Source of the DNA: Winogradskyella sp. 3972H.M.0a.05
Lineage (GTDB): Bacteria; Bacteroidota; Bacteroidia; Flavobacteriales; Flavobacteriaceae
Reading direction: 5' to 3'
Assembly: GCF_040493455.1 (NCBI RefSeq)
Contig: NZ_JANFDA010000003.1
Span: 347,592 to 371,591, forward strand
DNA length: 24,000 bases
A program made the position numbers and the translations under genes. The notes below the pieces were generated by a model that saw only the letters and a list, made by a program, of their open reading frames with translations, was not told where the DNA came from and ran no database searches. The number at the start of each line of letters is the position of its first letter. The first letter of the stretch is position 1. Shown one piece after another: positions 17,111 to 24,000 of this stretch.

Positions 17111-17152
17111 AAAGCCTCCCAGTAATCTGAAAGGCTTTATAGTTTTTTATAG
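17111..17152 (-). terminator. Terminator-like hairpin, repeat-family copy 4 (minus-strand oriented)
   Basis: Plus strand AAAGCCTCCCAG-TAAT-CTGAAAGGCTTT. As minus-strand RNA the stem is AAAGCCUUUCAG/CUGGGAGGCUUU with two U-G wobbles, followed by a U-tract. Downstream of the 17166-18764 gene. Confidence 0.75.
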
Positions 17153-17165
17153 AAAAAAAGCTGTT

Positions 17166-18764
17166 TTATTCGCTAGCTTCAGCTTTATCCACTACGATAC
17201 GTTCATCACGGTTGGCTAATTCCCAAGCAGTATGAAATACTAATCGCGCTCTATTCTCAAGCAAATCATATTCGATTTTATCTGGAGTATCGGTTATTTT
17301 GTGATAATCATCATGGGTACCATTGAAATAGAAGATTACTGGGATATTATTCTTTGCAAAGTTGTAATGATCTGATCTGTAATAGAAACGATTTGGATCA
17401 TTTTCGTCATTGTACTTGTAGTCCAACTCTACATTGCAATATTTTAAGTTTACGTCTTCTGAGATGTTATGTAACTCTGTACTTAGCTTGTCACTACCAA
17501 TGAGGTAAACATAGTTCCTATCTCCAGTTTTGCGTTTGGGATCAACACGACCGATCATATCTATATTTAGATTGGCAACCGTGTTTTCTAATGGGAAAAT
17601 CGGATCCATATCTGTGTAATATTTTGAGCCTAACAAGCCTTTTTCTTCACCAGTGACATGTAAAAACAAGATTGAACGTTTTGGACCGTGACCATTTTTT
17701 TGAGCTTCTTTAAAGGCTTCAGCAATTTCTACAACCGCAACTGTACCAGAGCCATCGTCATCTGCACCATTGAAAACTTCTTTATTTTCATCTACACCGA
17801 CGTGATCTAAATGTGCAGATATCACGACAATTTCATCAGGCTTTTCTGAGCCCTCAATGAATGCTACTACATTTTCTGAAGTGAAATCTTTAGATGAATT
17901 TTCAATATCAATAGTTAAGTTTGCTGTAATTGATTTTGGAGTATGGTCATTAACGATTTTATCATAAATTACTTTAGCAAATACACTATCTACTAAAAAG
18001 AAAGGTGCATTTTTTCCATTGTCTTTTAATGACATTCTCCCGCCTTGTGAAGCATAGGAGGTCGAAGAATTATATATTGTTGAATAATAAGTAGCATACC
18101 TTGGAAAGATAGCTTCATCCATAAGTAGTATAGCTCTAGCACCTTTATCTCTCGCCAAGTTACGTTTAGAGAACATAGATTGTCTACCACCAGACCATTT
18201 TGTTGGCTCGGCTGTACCAGTAGTAACGTAAGTTCCGTCTTCGTTCTTTGCTTCTCCAGCTTTGATTAGAACGACTTTATCTTTTACATCGAGGTCTTTA
18301 TAATCTGAATAGCCTTCAGACTCAACACCGTATCCAGCATAGACAACATCGCTAGCTGTTATAGTTTGTGTAGTGCCGCCCAAAAGGCAAAATTGGTGAT
18401 CGAAAGGAGCGAAGTTTCTATCATTAATGGTTATTGTTGTTTTTGCGACTTGTCGTTTCTGCAAAGGCACTTCTTGGAAATAATCGTCACCCTTCAAAGG
18501 ACTAGGAATTTCCATGGATTGATACTGTGCTTTTAGATATTCTACGGCTTTCTTTTGACCTGGCTCACCAGTCTCTCGACCTTCAAACTCATCAGAAGCA
18601 TAGACATAAAGCATGTCTTTTATTTCATCTGCAGTAATGGTTTCGGCATAGACCACAGGATCCGCAGGAGCATTATTTTTTTCTTTAGAGACTTTGTTAT
18701 GTGCTGATGGACCACAACCTGTAATTAGTAAACCAGCAGCTAGAAGTGCAAAAATTGATTTCAT
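17166..18764 (-). CDS. M28-family (Zn) aminopeptidase with PA-like inserted domain
   Basis: VVISAHLDHVG, NGADDDGSGTVAVVEIAEAF, FLHVTGEEKGLLGSKYY, NLNIDMIGR, YYRSDHYNFAKNNIPVIFYFNG: metal-ligand motifs. The intervening PVVYAETI...DKVVLIKAGEA region is typical of PA domain-containing M28. Confidence 0.92.
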   Translation of the reverse strand: MKSIFALLAAGLLITGCGPSAHNKVSKEKNNAPADPVVYAETITADEIKDMLYVYASDEFEGRETGEPGQKKAVEYLKAQYQSMEIPSPLKGDDYFQEVPLQKRQVAKTTITINDRNFAPFDHQFCLLGGTTQTITASDVVYAGYGVESEGYSDYKDLDVKDKVVLIKAGEAKNEDGTYVTTGTAEPTKWSGGRQSMFSKRNLARDKGARAILLMDEAIFPRYATYYSTIYNSSTSYASQGGRMSLKDNGKNAPFFLVDSVFAKVIYDKIVNDHTPKSITANLTIDIENSSKDFTSENVVAFIEGSEKPDEIVVISAHLDHVGVDENKEVFNGADDDGSGTVAVVEIAEAFKEAQKNGHGPKRSILFLHVTGEEKGLLGSKYYTDMDPIFPLENTVANLNIDMIGRVDPKRKTGDRNYVYLIGSDKLSTELHNISEDVNLKYCNVELDYKYNDENDPNRFYYRSDHYNFAKNNIPVIFYFNGTHDDYHKITDTPDKIEYDLLENRARLVFHTAWELANRDERIVVDKAEASE

Positions 18765-18850
18765 TTTTAATTAGTCTTTTTTATGGATAAGCACAAATTT
18801 AACCTTTGTATGAGGTTAATGGCTTATGGTTTAACACTATTTTAAAAAAA

Positions 18851-19882
18851 TTAGAGTTTTTCTGGTGAAAGGCGCAATTCTGAATTTGCTAAATACCATG
18901 CCGTTGTAAAGATTAGCTTAGTACGTTTTGCCAGTAAATCATAGTTAATCTTATCTGGTGTGTCAGTAGGTTTGGAGTAATCTTCGTGTTCTCCGTTGAA
19001 ATAAAATATAACAGGGACGCCTTGTAGTGCAAAATTGTAATGATCAGACCTGTAGTAATAGCGGTTGAGATCGTCGTCTGCGCTGTAGGTATAATCTAAC
19101 TCCAAATTTGTGAATAACTCATTTGCTTTTTCAGAGACATAATGAAGCTCAGTACTAATACGATCGGCTCCAATGATGTATATGTATTCATCATCGTTTT
19201 CGTGCCTTCTATCGGTTCTTCCAATCATATCTAAGTTTAAGGCCGCTACTGTATTTACTAAGGGGAATACTGGGTTTTCTGTGTAATATCTAGAGCCATA
19301 TAAACCGATTTCTTCTGCGGTCATATGCATGAAGGCTATACTTCGTTTGGGTCTAAATCCATTTTGCTCTGCGAGTTTAAAGGCTTGTGCCATTTCTAAA
19401 ATCGCTGATGTTCCTGAGCCATTATCATCTGCACCCAAGTAAATTTCACCATTAACAATTCCCTCATGGTCTGAATGTCCAGAAATGATCACAACTTCTT
19501 CAGGATAAACTTCACCCTCTATATAGGCGATCACATTTTGAGAATCGTTATAGCCTTCAGGGAAATACTCGGAGGGTACTGTCTGGTAGTATTCGTTGTC
19601 TGAAATTGGCGACCCAATATTGTGCTGTTGGTAGAAGTTGCGTAGGTAATTACATGCTTTGTTATGGCCTTCTTCACCTGTTTTTCTACCTGTAAATTCT
19701 TCAGAAGCAAATTTTTGTATATGGAATTCTAGCTCGTCTACAGTAATAGTATTCGCATATTTTTCTATAGTATCTTGCTGCTCAAAAACAATACTTTGTT
19801 TTAAGTTCTTTACTTTTTCACTATATCTTAGTTCTGTACACGAACCAACTAAAAATAAGGCAGAAAGGAAATAAAATTTCAT
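18851..19882 (-). CDS. M28-family (Zn) peptidase, shorter paralogue lacking the PA-like region
   Basis: VVIISGHSDHEG, YLGADDNGSGTSAILEMAQAF, FMHMTAEEIGLYGSRYY, ALNLDMIGR, YYRSDHYNFALQGVPVIFYFNGEH. Confidence 0.9.
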   Translation of the reverse strand: MKFYFLSALFLVGSCTELRYSEKVKNLKQSIVFEQQDTIEKYANTITVDELEFHIQKFASEEFTGRKTGEEGHNKACNYLRNFYQQHNIGSPISDNEYYQTVPSEYFPEGYNDSQNVIAYIEGEVYPEEVVIISGHSDHEGIVNGEIYLGADDNGSGTSAILEMAQAFKLAEQNGFRPKRSIAFMHMTAEEIGLYGSRYYTENPVFPLVNTVAALNLDMIGRTDRRHENDDEYIYIIGADRISTELHYVSEKANELFTNLELDYTYSADDDLNRYYYRSDHYNFALQGVPVIFYFNGEHEDYSKPTDTPDKINYDLLAKRTKLIFTTAWYLANSELRLSPEKL

Positions 19883-19916
19883 GGATTAATAGACAATTTC
19901 TAGCGTTCAAAGAACG

Positions 19917-19948
19917 TAAAAAAAAAGGTAACTCGGAAGAATTACCTT
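19917..19948 (-). terminator. Intrinsic terminator for the 19975-20301 gene
   Basis: Plus strand GTAAAAAAAAAAGGTAA...TTACCTT; on the minus strand a 7-bp stem is followed by a T-run. Confidence 0.6.
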
Positions 19949-19974
19949 ACTTTATTGTCCTGAAAATCATATTG

Positions 19975-20301
19975 CTAGTCAATTTCGAGATCATTGAGCT
20001 CTTCAATGGCTTCTTCTTCAGATTTTTTCTCTAATTCTTCAATTTCTTGAGTGTCTCCAAGTTCAGTCTTTTCGAATATGGCTTTGTATGTTGTTACTGT
20101 AAGTGAAATAATAGTCAATAGAAATATATACTGAATAACTTTCTTAGAGGCATTTTGCTTTTTAGAAAGATAGATCAAAACAAAACCAATAAGTAGTGCC
20201 AATACTGCTGGTCCTGCAGAAACCTTGTATAAAGGCGTTACAGATAGTACCACTGCTAATATTGAAACAATAAACCCTAGAACGATTAAAAACTTTCTCA
20301 T
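19975..20301 (-). CDS. Hypothetical small membrane protein
   Basis: Multiple TM-like segments, then an acidic coiled C-terminal tail (EIEELEKKSEEEAIEELNDLEID). Confidence 0.7.
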   Translation of the reverse strand: MRKFLIVLGFIVSILAVVLSVTPLYKVSAGPAVLALLIGFVLIYLSKKQNASKKVIQYIFLLTIISLTVTTYKAIFEKTELGDTQEIEELEKKSEEEAIEELNDLEID

Positions 20302-20304
20302 CTC

Positions 20305-21084
20305 TTAGTATTTTAGTCCTGTTGCTGATTTAATTTTTAATTCTCCACTTCCTACAGGAATCTTGAATTTTGCATATACTGGGACTTTATTTTCGTCTGC
20401 TGTAAGCCATAATAAATTGGCGTTGCTACCTTTAAGAACGTCATTATTACTTATAGATAAGGCTAGTTTGTAGCATTCCTTTCTACCAAGATTGGTATTG
20501 ATGGTTTCCTTATTAATATACTTTATCACCACATTGTGTTCCTTATTGTCAAAAATAACCTTAAACGATTGGCTGTCACCAGGATTGGCTTTGTGGATAT
20601 CCAAATTTCTTATATGATATAACGTTGAGACCAAGTCTTTTGTTGAAGCTCCAATACTGAGATTCTTTTTCTCTTCCCAAAATTTGCCATCCTTTCTCCT
20701 TTTCTTTTTTAGACTTTGAACGGTTTTGGTTTTATGGTTGAATTTGTATTGCATAAACTTATAGTAGCCGCCTTCATTAATATCTCTTTTGTATAGGTAA
20801 GGGGTTAACGTGGTAGGGCTTACGTAGCTTTCGTACAAATCTCTAATCTTGAAAAACCCATCAAAACTCTTATAGGTAGTCGCTTTGCATTTTAGCCGTA
20901 ATAGCGTGGACTTAGCGGTTTTTACCTCACTGGTTTGCATCGTGACTTCCGCTATATCTGTTAATAGACCAGACATGTTGTATGAAGCTGTAAAAACTAA
21001 GTTTTCTCCTGCGGCTATCGTTTTATTTTGCTGGGCATACAACGATGTTGTAAGTGCTAGTAAGACTATAAGGATAGGTTTCAT
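20305..21084 (-). CDS. DUF3108 domain-containing protein (secreted)
   Basis: Signal peptide MKPILIVLLALTTSLYAQ starting at 21084 (ORF-track start at 21141 probably too long); GENLVFTASYNMSGLLTDIAEVTMQT...LYESYVSPTTLTPYLYKRDINEGGY...VPVYAKFKIPVGSGELKI. Confidence 0.8.
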   Translation of the reverse strand: MKPILIVLLALTTSLYAQQNKTIAAGENLVFTASYNMSGLLTDIAEVTMQTSEVKTAKSTLLRLKCKATTYKSFDGFFKIRDLYESYVSPTTLTPYLYKRDINEGGYYKFMQYKFNHKTKTVQSLKKKRRKDGKFWEEKKNLSIGASTKDLVSTLYHIRNLDIHKANPGDSQSFKVIFDNKEHNVVIKYINKETINTNLGRKECYKLALSISNNDVLKGSNANLLWLTADENKVPVYAKFKIPVGSGELKIKSATGLKY

Positions 21085-21236
21085 TAGTGTTTGTTTAAAT
21101 GATTGGGTACGCCTTATGGCATATAACGCATTAACAAGCATATATTGTGCCGAAAATACAATGTAAAAGATTTTAAAGCTAATTTTTTGTAATACAATTA
21201 AGTTTTTTTGAAGGCCTTAAAAAAAGTGATATTTCC

Positions 21237-21268
21237 TTTGGCGACATTAAAAAAGCATTTTATATTTG
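21237..21268 (+). promoter_or_regulatory. Bacteroidota-type promoter for tRNA-Ser
   Basis: TTTG (21237-21240), 20-nt spacer, TATATTTG (21261-21268), 10 nt before the tRNA. Confidence 0.65.
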
Positions 21269-21278
21269 CATCCGCTTA

Positions 21279-21363
21279 GGAGGAATGGCAGAGTGGTCGA
21301 ATGCGGCAGTCTTGAAAACTGTTGAGGGTCACACCTCCGGGGGTTCGAATCCCTCTTCCTCCG
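21279..21363 (+). tRNA. tRNA-Ser (anticodon TGA)
   Basis: GGAGGAATGGCAGAGTGGTCGAATGCGGCAGTCTTGAAAACTGTTGAGGGTCACACCTCCGGGGGTTCGAATCCCTCTTCCTCCG; long variable arm, acceptor GGAGGAA/TTCCTCC. Confidence 0.97.
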
Positions 21364-21365
21364 CG

Positions 21366-21396
21366 AAAAGAGCTTCTATTTTAGAAGCTCTTTTTT
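21366..21396. terminator. Intrinsic terminator after tRNA-Ser
   Basis: AAAAGAGCTTCTA-TTT-TAGAAGCTCTTTT followed by TT; 13-bp stem, usable by both strands. Confidence 0.85.
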
Positions 21397-21423
21397 ATTT
21401 ATGCTATTTGTACCTGTTATACA

Positions 21424-21927
21424 CTACTGATTAGATAATCTAACTTTTTCCATATTAATAGAATACGCTTGAATGAGCTTAGAAAAAAAGCCAGAACTAA
21501 TGTTGCTAAAATAGTATTCATTAGATTTCCTATCCATTATGTAATAGCTAGAAGTCGGGAGGTGTCTTGTCTCAATTTCGCCTGTTAAGTTACTATAACT
21601 AGTACTTCTCATGCTACCTGCATTGTAGTCAAATAAGTATCTGTATTTATCTCTATCATCATACTTATGGGAATAAACATCAGATTGTAATACAAATTCA
21701 TACTTTCCTTTGTAATTCTTTTTTATATGCTTTCTCATGTAATTATCTCGACTATTTCTCCCTTTAAGAACACAGATGAGAACAGTATCATCTTTTCCAA
21801 AATCGGCAGGAATAGCCCCATTTTCGACAGTCATTTTTTTAGATGCACTACCTTTTACAATTGCTCCGCAAGAATTTAATAAAAATGGGATTGTTACAGT
21901 TAAAATAATGAGTTTGATATGTTTCAT
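21424..21927 (-). CDS. Hypothetical lipoprotein
   Basis: MKHIKLIILTVTIPFLLNSCGAIVKG signal/lipobox. Confidence 0.75.
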   Translation of the reverse strand: MKHIKLIILTVTIPFLLNSCGAIVKGSASKKMTVENGAIPADFGKDDTVLICVLKGRNSRDNYMRKHIKKNYKGKYEFVLQSDVYSHKYDDRDKYRYLFDYNAGSMRSTSYSNLTGEIETRHLPTSSYYIMDRKSNEYYFSNISSGFFSKLIQAYSINMEKVRLSNQ

Positions 21928-22049
21928 ACTTGTAATTTTTTGTCAAGCCGTAAAACTAAATAATATTTATACATAATTATATTGTTAACATTAATTCCTA
22001 ATTGAATAACGGTTGTCTTTATTAGCGTATTTTTGCAAAAAATAAACGT

Positions 22050-22685
22050 ATGAATCTCATAGAAAGCTTACAGTGGCGCTATGCCACCAAAAAGTTTGAT
22101 AACAATAAAACACTCTCTAAGAATAAATTAGAACTAATAAAAGAAGCATTTAACCTTACAGCCACGTCGTATGGCTTACAGACCATAAAGCTTTTGGTTG
22201 TTGAAGATAAAGCCATCCGAGAGCAATTGGTTGAGCATTCTTATGGACAACATCAGGTAGTTGATGCATCACATTTATTAGTAATTTGTATTCAGGATGA
22301 TATAGAAACAGAAGATGTTGATTCGCATTTCGATAATGTAAAATCTGTGCGTTCTACTCCAGAGCATATCCTTAAGCCATTTAGAGAAAACCTAAAAGAC
22401 ATGGTCGCCAATATGTCCTTAGAAGAGCAGCAAGAATGGTCTATAAAACAAGCCTATATAGCACTTGGTAATCTAATGACGGTCTGCGCTATAGAGCGTA
22501 TAGACAGTTGCCCAATGGAAGGCTTTTTACCAACCGAGTTTGACAAAGTGCTTAACCTTAAGAAGCTAGGTTTAAAGTCAGTATTATTGCTTCCAGTAGG
22601 CTACAGGGCAGAAGACGATATGTTCGCATCCTTTAAGAAGGTGAGAAAGTCAATTGCGGATACTGTGATAGATTTCTCGGTTTAA
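22050..22685 (+). CDS. Nitroreductase-family NAD(P)H-dependent oxidoreductase (NfsB-like)
   Basis: LIESLQWRYATKKFDNNKTLSKNKLELIKEAFNLTATSYGLQTIKLLVVED, AYIALGNLMTVCAIERIDSCPMEGFLPTEFDKVL, VLLLPVGYRAEDD. Confidence 0.92.
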   Translation: MNLIESLQWRYATKKFDNNKTLSKNKLELIKEAFNLTATSYGLQTIKLLVVEDKAIREQLVEHSYGQHQVVDASHLLVICIQDDIETEDVDSHFDNVKSVRSTPEHILKPFRENLKDMVANMSLEEQQEWSIKQAYIALGNLMTVCAIERIDSCPMEGFLPTEFDKVLNLKKLGLKSVLLLPVGYRAEDDMFASFKKVRKSIADTVIDFSV

Positions 22686-22715
22686 TCGTTATATTTGTTT
22701 CAAACATTGATTACT

Positions 22716-23123
22716 ATGAAAAAGTTACTTGTTATTCTGTTTATTACTGTAAGCTATTTTGGCTTTTCCCAAGACAGTAATGCCTTTAAGTCTATAAAAG
22801 AGACTTCTATTGAAGCGACTAAAAGCAATAAATCGATACTCTTAGTATTCACGGAATCTGCTAAGGATTACAAATACATAGCAGATAAATTAAGTGGACT
22901 TAGCGCAACATTTGTAATGCATCATGTTGATAGAGCTGAGAATAATGGCTTAACACAAGAGCAAAACATGCTTAATCAGCGTTTGGTAACGCATTACAAC
23001 AAGACCAACACATATCCTTCAGTGTATGTTCTTGATAAGCATGCTTCACGTACGGGAGAATCTTTATTGAATCTTTCTGAAGCTGAAATAACTAAATTTT
23101 CAGAATCCCTTAAAGCTCATTAA
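22716..23123 (+). CDS. Secreted thioredoxin-fold-like protein (no CxxC)
   Basis: Signal MKKLLVILFITVSYFGFSQ; SNKSILLVFTESAKDYKYIADKL and NTYPSVYVLDKHA resemble a thioredoxin-like beta1/beta3 layout. The ORF-track start at 22695 is probably too long. Confidence 0.6.
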   Translation: MKKLLVILFITVSYFGFSQDSNAFKSIKETSIEATKSNKSILLVFTESAKDYKYIADKLSGLSATFVMHHVDRAENNGLTQEQNMLNQRLVTHYNKTNTYPSVYVLDKHASRTGESLLNLSEAEITKFSESLKAH

Positions 23124-23127
23124 TTAA

Positions 23128-24000
23128 ATGCCAGGATTTGAACTGTTTGGTGATCTGGAGCGCAAACATGTAAATGATGTTCTAGACAATGGCGTTCTTA
23201 TGCGCTATGGTTTTGATGGTATGCGTAATGGGTATTGGAAGGCCAAAGAATTAGAGTCAGAGATTGAAAAGACTTTTGGTGTTGAACATGCACAATTAGT
23301 ATCTAGCGGTACAGCTGCTGTTTCTGTAGCTTTAGCTTCCGCTGGAATTGGAGCAGGAGACGAAGTGATTATGCCTACATTTACCTTTGTTGCTAGTTTT
23401 GAAGCCATAATGATGGTCGGAGCGACGCCAATTTTAGTAGATATAGACGATACCTTAACCTTAGATCCTGAAGCAGTAAAAAATGCGATTACACCAAAGA
23501 CCAAAGCGGTTATGGTAGTTCATATGTGTGGTAGTATGGCAAACCTAAATGCTTTAAAAAGTATCTGTGACACCCATAAACTCACACTAATTGAAGATGC
23601 TTGCCAAGCTATTGGAGGCACTTACAACAATAGAGCACTAGGTAGCATAGGTGATCTAGGTTGTTTCTCCTTCGATTTTGTAAAGACCATTACCTGCGGA
23701 GAAGGCGGCGCAGTAATTACCAATAACAAAGACTTCTATACCAACTCAGATCATTATAGTGATCATGGACACGACCATGTTGGAAATGATCGTGGCGCTG
23801 AAACACATCCGTTTTTAGGCTATAACTTCAGAATATCTGAGCTCAACGCTGCCGTTGGATTAGCGCAAATACAGAGACTTTCAGAGTTTTTGGAGATTCA
23901 GAAGAAGAATTATACAGTCCTTAGAAATGCTTTATCTCAAATCCCTGAAGTCACTTTTAGAACAGTTCCTGAAGGCGGCGAGGAGAGTTATGCATTTTTG
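23128..24000 (+). CDS. DegT/DnrJ/EryC1/StrS-family aminotransferase, KdnA-like, 3' truncated by the window edge
   Basis: ATG at 23128, open to the window end: MPGFELFGDLERKHVNDVLDNGVLMRYGFDGMRNGYWKAKELESEIEKTFGVEHAQLVSSGTAAVSVALASAGIGAGDEVIMPTFTFVASFEAIM...MVVHMCGSMANLNALK...EDACQAIGG...CFSFDFVKTITCGEGGAVITNN...SDHGHDHVGNDRGAETHP. Absent from the ORF track. Confidence 0.92.
   Translation, partial: MPGFELFGDLERKHVNDVLDNGVLMRYGFDGMRNGYWKAKELESEIEKTFGVEHAQLVSSGTAAVSVALASAGIGAGDEVIMPTFTFVASFEAIMMVGATPILVDIDDTLTLDPEAVKNAITPKTKAVMVVHMCGSMANLNALKSICDTHKLTLIEDACQAIGGTYNNRALGSIGDLGCFSFDFVKTITCGEGGAVITNNKDFYTNSDHYSDHGHDHVGNDRGAETHPFLGYNFRISELNAAVGLAQIQRLSEFLEIQKKNYTVLRNALSQIPEVTFRTVPEGGEESYAFL

Noticed and set aside
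23205-23504. 99-aa minus-strand ORF
   Set aside because: Antisense shadow of the KdnA-like aminotransferase gene starting at 23128.
1-24000. CRISPR array, retron, toxin-antitoxin or other recognised defence locus
   Set aside because: No regularly spaced direct repeats, reverse transcriptase, Cas, nuclease-ATPase pair or recognisable toxin-antitoxin pair was found in the six-frame reading.

Overview
This window looks like a chromosomal segment of a Bacteroidota (Flavobacteriia-like) genome. Support comes from low GC, TTTG-N20-TAnnTTTG promoters at both tRNAs, a ResB-CcsA fusion, BshB1 and a DUF3108 protein. The left end (1-8.3 kb) is mostly housekeeping or metabolic: a cytochrome c biogenesis ResB-CcsA fusion (5' truncated), a membrane-associated amidohydrolase, an RsuA-type pseudouridine synthase, a MATE transporter, a Cys/Met PLP enzyme overlapping bshB1, and tRNA-His. 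Downstream of tRNA-His lies a more accessory, almost entirely minus-strand stretch (8.5-17 kb): a secreted or lipoprotein amidohydrolase, five small orphan genes, DUF4287/DUF1761-type genes, and an SRPBCC/DinB/AraC-type cluster. The right end has two tandem M28 peptidases, DUF3108, tRNA-Ser, a nitroreductase, a thioredoxin-like protein and a truncated DegT-family aminotransferase resembling KdnA, which is missing from the supplied ORF track. The best non-genic signal is a repeated hairpin, AAGCCTTTCAG-N4-CTGAAAGGCTT (four copies). Two of the copies sit inside a longer diverged intergenic repeat of about 125 bp bordering the orphan-gene cluster. I found no CRISPR array, transposase, integrase or clearly recognisable new defence system.
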